From the IMG/VR virus record IMGVR_UViG_3300028832_000096: a DNA stretch of 64,000 nucleotides. One strand, 5' to 3'. Shown one piece after another: positions 39,260 to 48,075 of this stretch; the first letter of the stretch is position 1; each line of letters begins with the position of its first letter. Position numbers and translations under genes: made by a program. Source of the DNA: a virus (Duplodnaviria; Caudoviricetes). The notes beneath the pieces are model-generated. The model saw only the letters and a list, made by a program, of their open reading frames with translations. It made no database searches and had not been told where the DNA came from.

Positions 39260-39613
39260 TTAAACCATATTGTTGTCAACACAATAGTCCCAAATATCGG
39301 TTACCTCATCATTTGAAAGCTGATAACCTTTATAGTCGAAATATGCTTTGATTTCATTGATAGAATATCCGTCCTTCGGATTGTTGTTGAAATATTCAAC
39401 AAGTACAGGAGCTAAATCATACAAATTGTCTGCTTCGTCCTCTTCAGGAAGTTCATAAGACGTTGCTATGAATTCATACAGGTCTTCCTTCTTATCATAT
39501 CCAAGAGCCTTACTAAGAGCTTCAATAAATCCTTCAGGGCCAAGGAACTCAATCAACCTAGCTTCTAAATCATCGATGTACTGATGACGAGGATTTTCAT
39601 ATACATTATCCAT
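39260..39613 (-). CDS. Acidic hypothetical protein
   Basis: AAGGAG RBS; class A promoter at 39659-39664. Confidence 0.7.
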   Translation of the reverse strand: MDNVYENPRHQYIDDLEARLIEFLGPEGFIEALSKALGYDKKEDLYEFIATSYELPEEDEADNLYDLAPVLVEYFNNNPKDGYSINEIKAYFDYKGYQLSNDEVTDIWDYCVDNNMV

Positions 39614-39662
39614 AACAACAATTCTCCTTTATATATAAATATGATTCATTATTAATACAAGG

Positions 39663-40157
39663 TTATGATATCTGGTATTCTTCTGCACTGTTCATGCAAA
39701 TGTCAACGAATGTTTCCAAATCTTCACCTATTGTATGTTCGCTAGGGTTGAAGTCTGCTATGTAGAGCTTATCAAATGCATTCCTTTGGCCAAAAGCAAA
39801 CATTACTGAATCAATTAATTCCTGTTCTGATGTATAATAACGAATGCCTTTAAGGTCACTCCAAGCATTTTCTATCCAACACCACTTATCGTCGTCTTTG
39901 TAATATACAAATGAATGCGTTTCTTGCCCTTGTCCAAACTTATCTACAGCAATTATGAATTTTGCTTTAACATCATAGCCTTGCTCTGACAATTCTATGA
40001 ACTCCATTAGGGATTGGTCATGACAAGAACCCTGCACGTCGAGCAAGACCGCTATAGGTGGCATTAATTGACTGAATTCTACATATTCTACATCTTTTAA
40101 GAATTCCATCAGTTGCTCAGGTGATTTAAACATACAATTACTCATTTCTGTTTTCAA
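39663..40157 (-). CDS. Transglutaminase/cysteine-protease-like protein
   Basis: GSCHDQS...THSFVYY...WIENAW gives a Cys-His-acid spacing. Confidence 0.5.
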   Translation of the reverse strand: MKTEMSNCMFKSPEQLMEFLKDVEYVEFSQLMPPIAVLLDVQGSCHDQSLMEFIELSEQGYDVKAKFIIAVDKFGQGQETHSFVYYKDDDKWCWIENAWSDLKGIRYYTSEQELIDSVMFAFGQRNAFDKLYIADFNPSEHTIGEDLETFVDICMNSAEEYQIS

Positions 40158-40686
40158 AATCAGGCAGGTCGCCTGTATAATCTAAGATTTCTTTTCTACT
40201 TGGTATCGTCTGAATTTCCCAATATGGAATGTCCCACTTATCTATTTTCTTGATATTGAGTGACTTTACTTTTAACTTAGATATAGCTTCGCCTTTATGT
40301 AGCATTTGGTTCATAGTATTCAAAGGCATTTCAGGATTAATAAACTCCGCAATATCTTGTATGTTAAATATAAATGCCCGCTTGTAGGTAACATAAAGCA
40401 CAATTACAAGACCATAACTGCCTTTAATTTGAGATTTAAGTAAAAGTCCATCGCGTTGTGTATCCGACAGATTGTTAAACTCAAATCTATCTTCATAAGT
40501 GGCTTTGCTTTCTATGTGATAAAAATAAGGAAATCTGTAGCAATCAAAATCGCATATGTTTCTAGAAACAATAAAGCGGCCGGACATCTGGTCATAGATT
40601 CGAGTAAAATCGTATCCTAACTCAGGATTATCCAGCCAAGTACGTATTCGTTGTTCTGCTACTTTTCCGTGTTCTGTATCTGCCAT
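40138..40686 (-). CDS. RecU-like Holliday junction resolvase (PD-(D/E)XK)
   Basis: GKVAE...RIYD...CDF...IESKAT...QRDGL. Confidence 0.7.
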   Translation of the reverse strand: MADTEHGKVAEQRIRTWLDNPELGYDFTRIYDQMSGRFIVSRNICDFDCYRFPYFYHIESKATYEDRFEFNNLSDTQRDGLLLKSQIKGSYGLVIVLYVTYKRAFIFNIQDIAEFINPEMPLNTMNQMLHKGEAISKLKVKSLNIKKIDKWDIPYWEIQTIPSRKEILDYTGDLPDFENRNE

Positions 40687-40688
40687 TA

Positions 40689-41138
40689 TTATAGTAATCC
40701 GCTATAATTAGTCATCTCATGAAACTCTTCATCTGAAAGATTCATACTTCTTGCCCATTTAGGTTTTCTTCCAGATTTAATATAATCAATATAATCAATA
40801 TAATCTAACATTGATTCATAGTCGCAATCACCGCTAGCAGTCCATGAATTATGACGATTGAAATCTTCCTTTACTTCAGGAGACAAAGATTGATACCATT
40901 TTTCAAATTCAGGCTGCTTGCTTAATCCCCATTGATACTTGGCTTCATATTCATCTACACAAGCTATAGCTTCTTCTAAAGTATCAAAGTCTTCTCCACA
41001 GCACCACTGGTTGTCTCGGTCAAGGTAAAGTGCATCATAACGAGCACCCCAGGAAAAATTAACTTTCTCCACTTTACCCCTACCGCTAGCCGTAGTATAA
41101 ACAATTTCATCTCTACTAGCTTTTACATAAACTTTCAT
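40689..41138 (-). CDS. Hypothetical protein with MKVYVKAS leader
   Basis: ORF with GGAG RBS and the tag. Confidence 0.75.
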   Translation of the reverse strand: MKVYVKASRDEIVYTTASGRGKVEKVNFSWGARYDALYLDRDNQWCCGEDFDTLEEAIACVDEYEAKYQWGLSKQPEFEKWYQSLSPEVKEDFNRHNSWTASGDCDYESMLDYIDYIDYIKSGRKPKWARSMNLSDEEFHEMTNYSGLL

Positions 41139-41141
41139 AAT

Positions 41142-41453
41142 TTATCTCCTCTGAATTAATGCGTAACAAACAGATATGTTTCTACCAGCATCTTCCTGAT
41201 AAGTTAATTCCAAATATTGATTCGGCTTATAATCATCTATAAACACAGGAACTCTCCATCCGTCAACGGGTCGCTTATTTTGCGCTTTCGCCTCGTTATA
41301 TTTTTCTTTAAGCCAATCCGAACATTCGTCATAAGAACCCTGAAATTCGATATCCGAATTCCTTACGGGTTTCTTAGCAAGAAGATATCCCATTGAAGGG
41401 ACTTTCACTATTGCATAAGCTCGTAAGGCAGACGCTCTGATATACCTCTTCAT
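41142..41453 (-). CDS. Hypothetical protein with MKRYIRAS leader
   Basis: Likely start ATG 41453 (AGGAGA RBS) rather than TTG 41528. Confidence 0.7.
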   Translation of the reverse strand: MKRYIRASALRAYAIVKVPSMGYLLAKKPVRNSDIEFQGSYDECSDWLKEKYNEAKAQNKRPVDGWRVPVFIDDYKPNQYLELTYQEDAGRNISVCYALIQRR

Positions 41454-41547
41454 ATTACCTTGTCTCCTATAATAAATTCTTACTGCGTAATCAAAGGTCA
41501 CATTCGAATTCTCTGTTATCCATCGCAATAATCTTTGTTGTGTTGCC

Positions 41548-42540
41548 TTAAACTGGTTTTACTAATGTACGAACGTGGAGTCGCTGGATATTATATCCTC
41601 CGGCAAGTATTGATTCTACTCTTGCTTTACCGTCATCTCCAACAACATAACCATTGAGAACAGCACCCATATTACCTTGAGTTACATGTAAACCTGACCA
41701 ATCTCTTACAGGTCCTGTTATTTTTGTTACACGCTTAAGTAAATCGAGAATTAAGTGTTCACCGTCTCTCTGGTTCTGTGCATGAATTTGTTCATCAGTC
41801 ATATCCCACAAACTTCTTGCGTAATTAAGCGAACCAAACATTGCTTCAAAAGGTTCGATAATATATTCGGATTTAAATTTCTTTTCGCGAGTCAGTCCCC
41901 AACCACTCTTAGGAAGGTCAGGATATAATTCTTCTAACTTAGCTTGTTCTACTTCCCATCTATTCCAACTATTAGCACCTTCATAAAGAATTTCATCAGC
42001 CCTTTGCTTAAGTTCTCTATAATAAGGTTTAGATTCATCGCGTATACGCTTATCATGTGCGTCCCATCTTGCAATGATATCATTCATGAATTCTTTAAGG
42101 CATTCTGGAATTCTATCTATCTCATCATTAGTAGACTTAATCTTATCTAACTTAGCATTGTAATTATCAATGACTTGCTTAATTTCTTTGATGCCTTGGT
42201 TAGACGTATAGATAGATGCTGCATCGTCATCAATGCTGTAAAGCGCTTTACCATACTTGTCATCATAAGTGAAGTGATACTTATCAACAAGTCTCCAAGT
42301 ATTGACATCTATATCAGCAGGTACACGATACTTATCATGTTCCTTAACGTATTCAAGATAAGGTACAAGAGCATTGTAATCACTATCATCAATGTTACCT
42401 TTAAGCAATGCTAACTTCTTTGTAATGGCTTCTTCTTTCTTCTGAATCCAAGCCTTTTTCTTGTCGAGTTCAGCTTGCTTCTTAGCAATCTTCGCTTGCA
42501 AATCAGCGATATTTGTTACAGATTTAACGTAAACTTTCAT
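41548..42540 (-). CDS. Coiled-coil protein with C-terminal AGGYNIQRLHxR motif; MKVYVKSV leader
   Basis: LNGYVVG...ESILAGGYNIQRLHVRTLV, a motif recognisable from phage proteins of unknown function. Confidence 0.75.
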   Translation of the reverse strand: MKVYVKSVTNIADLQAKIAKKQAELDKKKAWIQKKEEAITKKLALLKGNIDDSDYNALVPYLEYVKEHDKYRVPADIDVNTWRLVDKYHFTYDDKYGKALYSIDDDAASIYTSNQGIKEIKQVIDNYNAKLDKIKSTNDEIDRIPECLKEFMNDIIARWDAHDKRIRDESKPYYRELKQRADEILYEGANSWNRWEVEQAKLEELYPDLPKSGWGLTREKKFKSEYIIEPFEAMFGSLNYARSLWDMTDEQIHAQNQRDGEHLILDLLKRVTKITGPVRDWSGLHVTQGNMGAVLNGYVVGDDGKARVESILAGGYNIQRLHVRTLVKPV

Positions 42541-42596
42541 GAAGTAATGCTCCTTTTGATGTGATGCATTATATAACGATTATGATTTAAAAATAC

Positions 42597-42917
42597 TTAT
42601 GTCCAAGCAGCAGCATCATCAGCATGCACAATTTCTAATGCATTCATAATATCATCAAACAATTTATCTGCTTCTTCAACGGATAAATCGTCCCAATCTT
42701 CGGCTGCTTGACATTTATAATCTCTGATAACACTAGATACTCTTCCGCCTACAGGAGATTCTCCGTGGTAATCAAATTTACCATACTCCTTGTTAACTTC
42801 TCTTAAACAAGAACTAACTAAGTCGTATTTATCATGGTCAATAGTAGATAAGAATCTCTGTGCTTCTTTAATCTTGTCAAAATCAGGCCACTTGTTAGAT
42901 TTAATATACATTTTCAT
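42597..42917 (-). CDS. Hypothetical protein with MKMYIKSN leader
   Basis: ORF with the tag. Confidence 0.7.
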   Translation of the reverse strand: MKMYIKSNKWPDFDKIKEAQRFLSTIDHDKYDLVSSCLREVNKEYGKFDYHGESPVGGRVSSVIRDYKCQAAEDWDDLSVEEADKLFDDIMNALEIVHADDAAAWT

Positions 42918-43360
42918 GATAATTGTCCCTCTAAATCGTTCATAATATATCTTTCAAAGATTTTGTAGAATTTAGTAAGGTCAGAATAACTGCTGATTAT
43001 AACCTTATAAGTTCCCCACTGTGAATTGTTATAGTTTGTCGCTTCTCCGAACCCTTGCTTCTTACATTCTTCAAGTAAAGGATATGTATCTTCCTTATCA
43101 CTTATCTTAATTACGCAAGGATAACGGTCTCCAGAAGAACCAGAATATAAAGCTCTAGGCACTCTAGATGATGTATCTGTAACACCTACTAGTATACAAA
43201 CATCAGCAAATGGTGTATTTTCTGCAAGACTGTATGAATAACGCTTAGAGCCTTCAAGAAACTCTTTTCTAGCTACATATCCATCAAATACAAATTCAAC
43301 AGCTTTGCAAATATCTTCTTTAGAAGAAAATGAATTAGATGCTCTAATGTATCTTTTCAT
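42914..43360 (-). CDS. Hypothetical protein with MKRYIRAS leader
   Basis: ORF with GGAG RBS and the tag. Confidence 0.75.
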   Translation of the reverse strand: MKRYIRASNSFSSKEDICKAVEFVFDGYVARKEFLEGSKRYSYSLAENTPFADVCILVGVTDTSSRVPRALYSGSSGDRYPCVIKISDKEDTYPLLEECKKQGFGEATNYNNSQWGTYKVIISSYSDLTKFYKIFERYIMNDLEGQLS

Positions 43361-43374
43361 AAATCAAACTCCGA

Positions 43375-43641
43375 TTACTCCCAACTAATGTATGCAACAT
43401 TATTTTCAATTGCAGTACCAAGCTCATAAGAAATTGTATAGCCTTGACCCTCTAATGTAGTTTTTACAGAATCAAGTATCGTGCCAGTGTAAGCTACTTT
43501 ATACTGTCCGCAATTTGCAGCTGTATTGATAAGATATGCAATAGCTTGTGTTTGCTGGTCTACTTCTGCTGTGTTTGCTGTTGTCTTTACAGCTGATGCA
43601 GCTTTTAATGTTTGGAGTTCGTCCATTGGAATAAGTGCCAT
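43375..43641 (-). CDS. Hypothetical protein
   Basis: ORF with AAGGAG RBS. Confidence 0.7.
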   Translation of the reverse strand: MALIPMDELQTLKAASAVKTTANTAEVDQQTQAIAYLINTAANCGQYKVAYTGTILDSVKTTLEGQGYTISYELGTAIENNVAYISWE

Positions 43642-43672
43642 GTTATATTCTCCTTTATATAGTACTCAATTA

Positions 43673-44794
43673 TTACAGATACATGAAAAGTTCTGCACCG
43701 CCATCTTTTGCTAAATCATCAAACCAATTATCCGGAGAAAAATCGCAGATAACTCCATCTGTAAGATTACGAACTCTAATGAAATATCCTTTGTTGGCAT
43801 ACTCATTTATGGTTTCATTAAGTGCAGATATATCAGAAGTTTCATAAGATTCTGCTAAACCTCTAAGCTGTTCATCGTAGTAACCTTCAACGAGGAAATC
43901 ATCATTTAACTCAGGGTCAGAAGAACCATTTACCATATTAGCGAAGTACTTTGTATCAGTTGAACAGTTAACATCTCCGCAAGCATCAACTGAATTATCT
44001 TCAACCCAGAAATCCTTGCCGTAAACAGCATCTACAGGAGTATATCTTCCGCTGAACTCCCAAGAAAGCAATCTATTATCAGGAGTTACTATATAGGAAG
44101 TCCACCAATTACCTGAACCGGATTTAGGTTCAAATACATCACCTTCTCCGGATGTATAGTGGAATTCATAACTATCACCATCTTTAAAGACTAATTTCTT
44201 ATCAGGAATAGTGTAACTGGAAGCCTTGATGTCGTCACAAGCATCTACTCCAAAAACTCTATTATAAAGTGCTTCAAACTCCTCTGAAGTCATTTCTTCA
44301 TCATAGATTGCAAGAAGTTCTTCGGCTGTTGCTTTCTCAGTAATTTCTTCTGCATCACAGAAATCAAGATTCATATACTTATCGTTGTCTTCAAGCATAT
44401 CTAAAACATTTCTCTGAAGGACTTTTCTAGATAATACTTTTGTTCCATCAGGTTTTGTGGTATAACTTTCGCCATTATATCTGCTGAAATGATAAGTCTT
44501 TGATGCTTTGATATCTCCACAAGCTTCGACATCTTCGCAAGGAACAACATCTCCGTCCTTCTGGCAGTAACCTATCTGGTCAAGATACCTGTTGATTTCT
44601 GTCTCAGAAGGAATATCATACTGCTTGAGCTCATCTGCAGTTAAGAACCTATCAAGCCAAACCGCTGTGTAGTAGTTGGGCAAGTCCTTAGACCTAATAA
44701 CATTTACATCTTTTGGAAGTGTTCCAGGGCCAACACCATGCTTAAAAATGTAGAGATAACCATTATTTGAACTTGATTTAATATAAACTTTCAT
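43673..44794 (-). CDS. Multi-module acidic protein (putative polyprotein) with a DarA C-terminal-like first domain
   Basis: MKVYIKSS leader; GPGTLPK...RFLTADELKQYDI; three V[ED]AC[GD]D[IV]x[AC]S linkers. Confidence 0.7.
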   Translation of the reverse strand: MKVYIKSSSNNGYLYIFKHGVGPGTLPKDVNVIRSKDLPNYYTAVWLDRFLTADELKQYDIPSETEINRYLDQIGYCQKDGDVVPCEDVEACGDIKASKTYHFSRYNGESYTTKPDGTKVLSRKVLQRNVLDMLEDNDKYMNLDFCDAEEITEKATAEELLAIYDEEMTSEEFEALYNRVFGVDACDDIKASSYTIPDKKLVFKDGDSYEFHYTSGEGDVFEPKSGSGNWWTSYIVTPDNRLLSWEFSGRYTPVDAVYGKDFWVEDNSVDACGDVNCSTDTKYFANMVNGSSDPELNDDFLVEGYYDEQLRGLAESYETSDISALNETINEYANKGYFIRVRNLTDGVICDFSPDNWFDDLAKDGGAELFMYL

Positions 44795-44863
44795 AGGGAG
44801 TTCTCCTGTAAAATGTATTCTCTAATATAAAAGGTTAGTGTTGTTAACAATGAAAAAATAAAA

Positions 44864-44889
44864 GCAAGCAAGTATATATTCTTGCTTGC
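44864..44889 (-). terminator. Intrinsic terminator
   Basis: GCAAGCAAG/CTTGCTTGC stem plus T-run. Confidence 0.75.
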
Positions 44890-44915
44890 CTGTAGTGCAA
44901 TTTATCAAGTTGTTG

Positions 44916-45896
44916 TTATACGTTACTGATGTAAGCTTCAAGAGCTTTGTATATCTTATGCGAAACAATACCGTATACTTTATCAAGTATTACTTCATCT
45001 CTATCTTTAAAAAGCTTCTGAACTTCCATAAATTCTTCAAAGCTTGTGATATCAAAGAGTACTTTCAATACATCATGCATGAGTGACTCATCCACAGGAG
45101 TTTCAACTTTCTTAGTATCAACAACTTTAGTACTAAGATAACTTTCGTGCAAGCGATTAAATCCTTTGCTTCCTCTTGTGATGTCAACCCCTCCATACAG
45201 TCCGCAAAGCATTCTTATAGTATTCAAATCAGGAATATCTTCTCCTGTAAAATACTTTTTAACAACATCTTCTTCTACATGAAGAAATACAGCGATGTCA
45301 TTAGTAGAAAACTTAGAATTAGCGAACAATGACGGCCAGAATGTGTAATCTACGTCATCTTCCTGAACTACTTCAGGTTTTTCATTTTCAGCAGGGTCAG
45401 GTTCAACAGGTTTGCCTTCTTTGATTGCAAGATACTGCTCATGAGCATTTTTAAATTCTTCCTTACCTTTATCAAGAGGTATGTCAAACAAATTACAGTA
45501 CTTCTCAAGAGCGGGCTTCCTAGGCATATTTCTACCACTGAAATTTGTAGAAACAACAGCAGGAGCAATGCCTGTCATCTTTGAAATATCTTCTAAAGAA
45601 AGATTATTTTCCTCTCTAAGTTTATTCCAGAATGTGTCGTAATAGTGCTGTGTCTTCCTTTCTGAATCCCATTTCTTTTCCGCATTGTAGAAAGCATTAT
45701 AACCTCTATCAAAAGGAATATCAAAAAGCTTGCACAACTGCTCGATATGATGCTCATTTCTTGGAGCCTTAACTCCTGCAAACCATGACCCGAGGGTTGA
45801 TTGAGGGATACCTGTCTTCTTTGCAATGTATTTAAAAGACCAACCCCGCTTTGTTCTTTCGGTGTTCCAGAAAGTATCTTTTGCTGCTCTACTCAT
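44916..45896 (-). CDS. Transcriptional regulator with three tandem XRE-type HTH domains
   Basis: Three TFW...S...IA..TGI...P....LC.LF repeats. Confidence 0.8.
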   Translation of the reverse strand: MSRAAKDTFWNTERTKRGWSFKYIAKKTGIPQSTLGSWFAGVKAPRNEHHIEQLCKLFDIPFDRGYNAFYNAEKKWDSERKTQHYYDTFWNKLREENNLSLEDISKMTGIAPAVVSTNFSGRNMPRKPALEKYCNLFDIPLDKGKEEFKNAHEQYLAIKEGKPVEPDPAENEKPEVVQEDDVDYTFWPSLFANSKFSTNDIAVFLHVEEDVVKKYFTGEDIPDLNTIRMLCGLYGGVDITRGSKGFNRLHESYLSTKVVDTKKVETPVDESLMHDVLKVLFDITSFEEFMEVQKLFKDRDEVILDKVYGIVSHKIYKALEAYISNV

Positions 45897-45964
45897 AAAC
45901 TACTCCCTTCAGATATTGATGTCTTGAGTACTATACATACTATAACGATTCTCTGTTAACTAAA

Positions 45965-46110
45965 ACGGATAGGCTGTTCGTCAAACTCCATTTAAACACT
46001 ACATTGAAGGTGACTAAAGGTAATTCAAATACCAGTCTGTCGTGTCCTTCTAAGGGGCTGCTTCTTCAAGCCCTGTCGCACTCATGTGCCGTCTATCGTG
46101 CACCTACCTA
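45965..46110 (-). ncRNA. Candidate structured ncRNA (~145 nt)
   Basis: Class B promoter at 46119-46125 with no credible ORF; stems GCAC/GTGC, GGGCT/AGCCC and nested GAAGG-GACT-GGTA/TACC-AGTC-CCTTC. Confidence 0.4.
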
Positions 46111-46132
46111 TTATCTATAACGATTTACAAAA

Positions 46133-46169
46133 TAATACACCCCGAGGAGGTGAGGTTCGGGGTGTATTA
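46133..46169 (-). terminator. Intrinsic terminator with an anti-SD-like loop
   Basis: TAATACACCCCGA/TCGGGGTGTATTA 13-bp stem; the loop reads ACCTCACCTCC on the - strand. Confidence 0.75.
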
Positions 46170-46195
46170 CCAGATGGAAAAGAGCCTAAGCGGGA

Positions 46196-46543
46196 TTAGT
46201 TGTAATTAGTTTCATCACCTTCAGAGTAGCATTTAGGACAATAGCCTCCGTCAGTTAACCTTGTTCCACATTCAGGACATCTTGCGATATCTTGACCTTC
46301 TAATGGTTGCTCATTGAAATCAGGAAGTTCTTCTACATCATTAAGCAATTTCAAATATGCACTCTGTTTAAGCTTTAATCTAGCTTTCGCTTGAGATAAT
46401 ATATTTGATTTTGCTTTTGCTTCACTTACAGCATTTGAATAGAATACAGCATCGCGGATAAGTATATTGTTGAACTGGTCCGCGATGCTTCCTTCATATA
46501 TGTATCTGTTTGATTTAATGTAGATTTTCATTGGAAACATCAT
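46196..46543 (-). CDS. Hypothetical protein with MKIYIKSN motif and C-terminal Zn ribbon
   Basis: CPECG...GYCPKC. Confidence 0.7.
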   Translation of the reverse strand: MMFPMKIYIKSNRYIYEGSIADQFNNILIRDAVFYSNAVSEAKAKSNILSQAKARLKLKQSAYLKLLNDVEELPDFNEQPLEGQDIARCPECGTRLTDGGYCPKCYSEGDETNYN

Positions 46544-46785
46544 GCCCAGCGAGCATTTAACTCCTCAACCAAATCAGCAGCAGCTAAAAGTGCTTCAGCA
46601 AATTCGCGTGTATCTTCTACAGGCTGTGTACCCCAAGCTCCCCAGTTGATACCTGCTTGGAATCCGCTATCCCTGCCTCTTCGGCCGCGAAGGTCAAAAA
46701 TTTCAATACGAGTATCGCCATACTGAGCATTAAATTCCATGCGGACATCATCTAATTCTTGTCTCCAACGCTCCCATTCTGTCAT
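46540..46785 (-). CDS. Hypothetical protein
   Basis: GGAGG RBS; class B promoter at 46812-46818. Confidence 0.7.
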   Translation of the reverse strand: MTEWERWRQELDDVRMEFNAQYGDTRIEIFDLRGRRGRDSGFQAGINWGAWGTQPVEDTREFAEALLAAADLVEELNARWA

Positions 46786-46817
46786 AGATAGAATCCTCCG
46801 ATGCTTAATATAACGAT

Positions 46818-47938
46818 TTACTGAATATCTTCAGGCTTAAGATAGATTGCACGAGAAATCTGGAAGGTGCAGGTAACATTTACCAGTCCGCCATCCTGAG
46901 ACATTTCGCCGTTGTTGAGTGAAGAAATCCAAGTACCAGGGCACTTAATAACGTCTCTTGCCTGTCCGCCAGTACCATCGTACTTAATAAAGTAAACTTG
47001 TCTCATATACTGAGAAGGAAGTCCTAAGCACTCTGTGAGCGGGTCATATACCTGCTTTCTCCAAGCTCTAAGAGCTTCAAGAACATTAGGTGTTGTGTAG
47101 CAGTTAAGTGTCCAAGAAACGTCATTGTAGCTGATTTTCTGAGGGAACTTAATCAAGCCGTTACCATAATGAACAGTAATTGCGTCCTGAGACTCTTCAA
47201 TTGCGCCAACTTCCTGTGTAGAAAGTGTTAACATATCAGAGAACTCAGCAGGGCTGGAACCATCCATGTTATAGATTCTGATTTCGAAGTTGTTCTTGTA
47301 CAATGTCGATAGGTAAGTCTATTGTATCAATGTTTCTGACTTTTCCCCCGACCCACACCGGACATGAGACTTTCACCTCATCCGGCGTTCCATCGTATTT
47401 ATAATTACTTCGAATCTAATATAAACACGACTAAAGGCCATCACTCCGCTAAATTATTATCAGTAGCATCATCGCTTCGACCTTAGCTTTTCAGTATTAG
47501 TTAATTAGCTTATTATTCTTCGACTAAACGCTGAACGCCTAATACCTTTCCTTGTTCCGAAGATTCTATCTTTGCATATATCTTTAGGTGCTTGCTTTGC
47601 ATAAAATAATTGAATATTAGATTTTTCTAATATATAGGATTTCATATTCCGCAATTTACTTTCCTACATTATTGTTATACGTTCATTCGCAAGTTCGTCA
47701 GCCTATTAGACATTCTCACCATGGATATTTTATAGACTCCCGACATTCTTTGCCGACTTCACCGAGCTTTATACATAAGTACTATGCATATCGGATATTA
47801 GAGAAATTACTTAATAATTTTCGAATCTTCAGTTCACCCTTAAGTGCTTAATCTTTTCAATTAAGAACAAGTCGCACGCGGAACATATGAATCAACACCT
47901 AACATATGGTTGGTGCCCATAGCTAATGGGGTGAACAT
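46818..47938 (-). CDS. Tail tube protein (T4 gp19-like), spliced: exon 1 47878..47938, exon 2 46818..47302, 181 aa
   Basis: Exon 1 is MFTPLAMGTNHMLGVDSYVP after AAGGAGG. Joining CCGC|TGTAC gives ...YVPLYKNNFEIRI in frame. I.V.YGN..IKFP, W..QVYD and PGTWI tube motifs. Confidence 0.85.
47303..47877 (-). mobile_element. ORF-less group II intron (bacterial class B-like), 575 nt
   Basis: 5' GTGCG; DV ACGCCGGATGAGGTGAAAGTCTCATGTCCGGTGT (47355-47388); DVI with bulged A at 47310; 3' AT; EBS1 GCGGAA (47647-47652) complementary to IBS1 TTCCGC. Confidence 0.9.
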
Positions 47939-48075
47939 ATAATGTATTCCTCCTTAATTTGAATTATTTTTGTAGCTTATCTACATTTCAATACAAGGTA
48001 CTGTATATTTAAAATTGATGACATCTAATATATAATAAAATAGTACAATAATTTTAAAGTTTGGAGGTACAATAA

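Noticed and set aside
46818-47303. Stand-alone tail tube gene starting at TTG 47303
   Set aside because: There is no RBS. The first T is the last intron base, and splicing to exon 1 explains the gene better.
47303-47877. Group I intron or plain intergenic spacer
   Set aside because: GTGCG...AT ends, DV, DVI and EBS1 are group II hallmarks.
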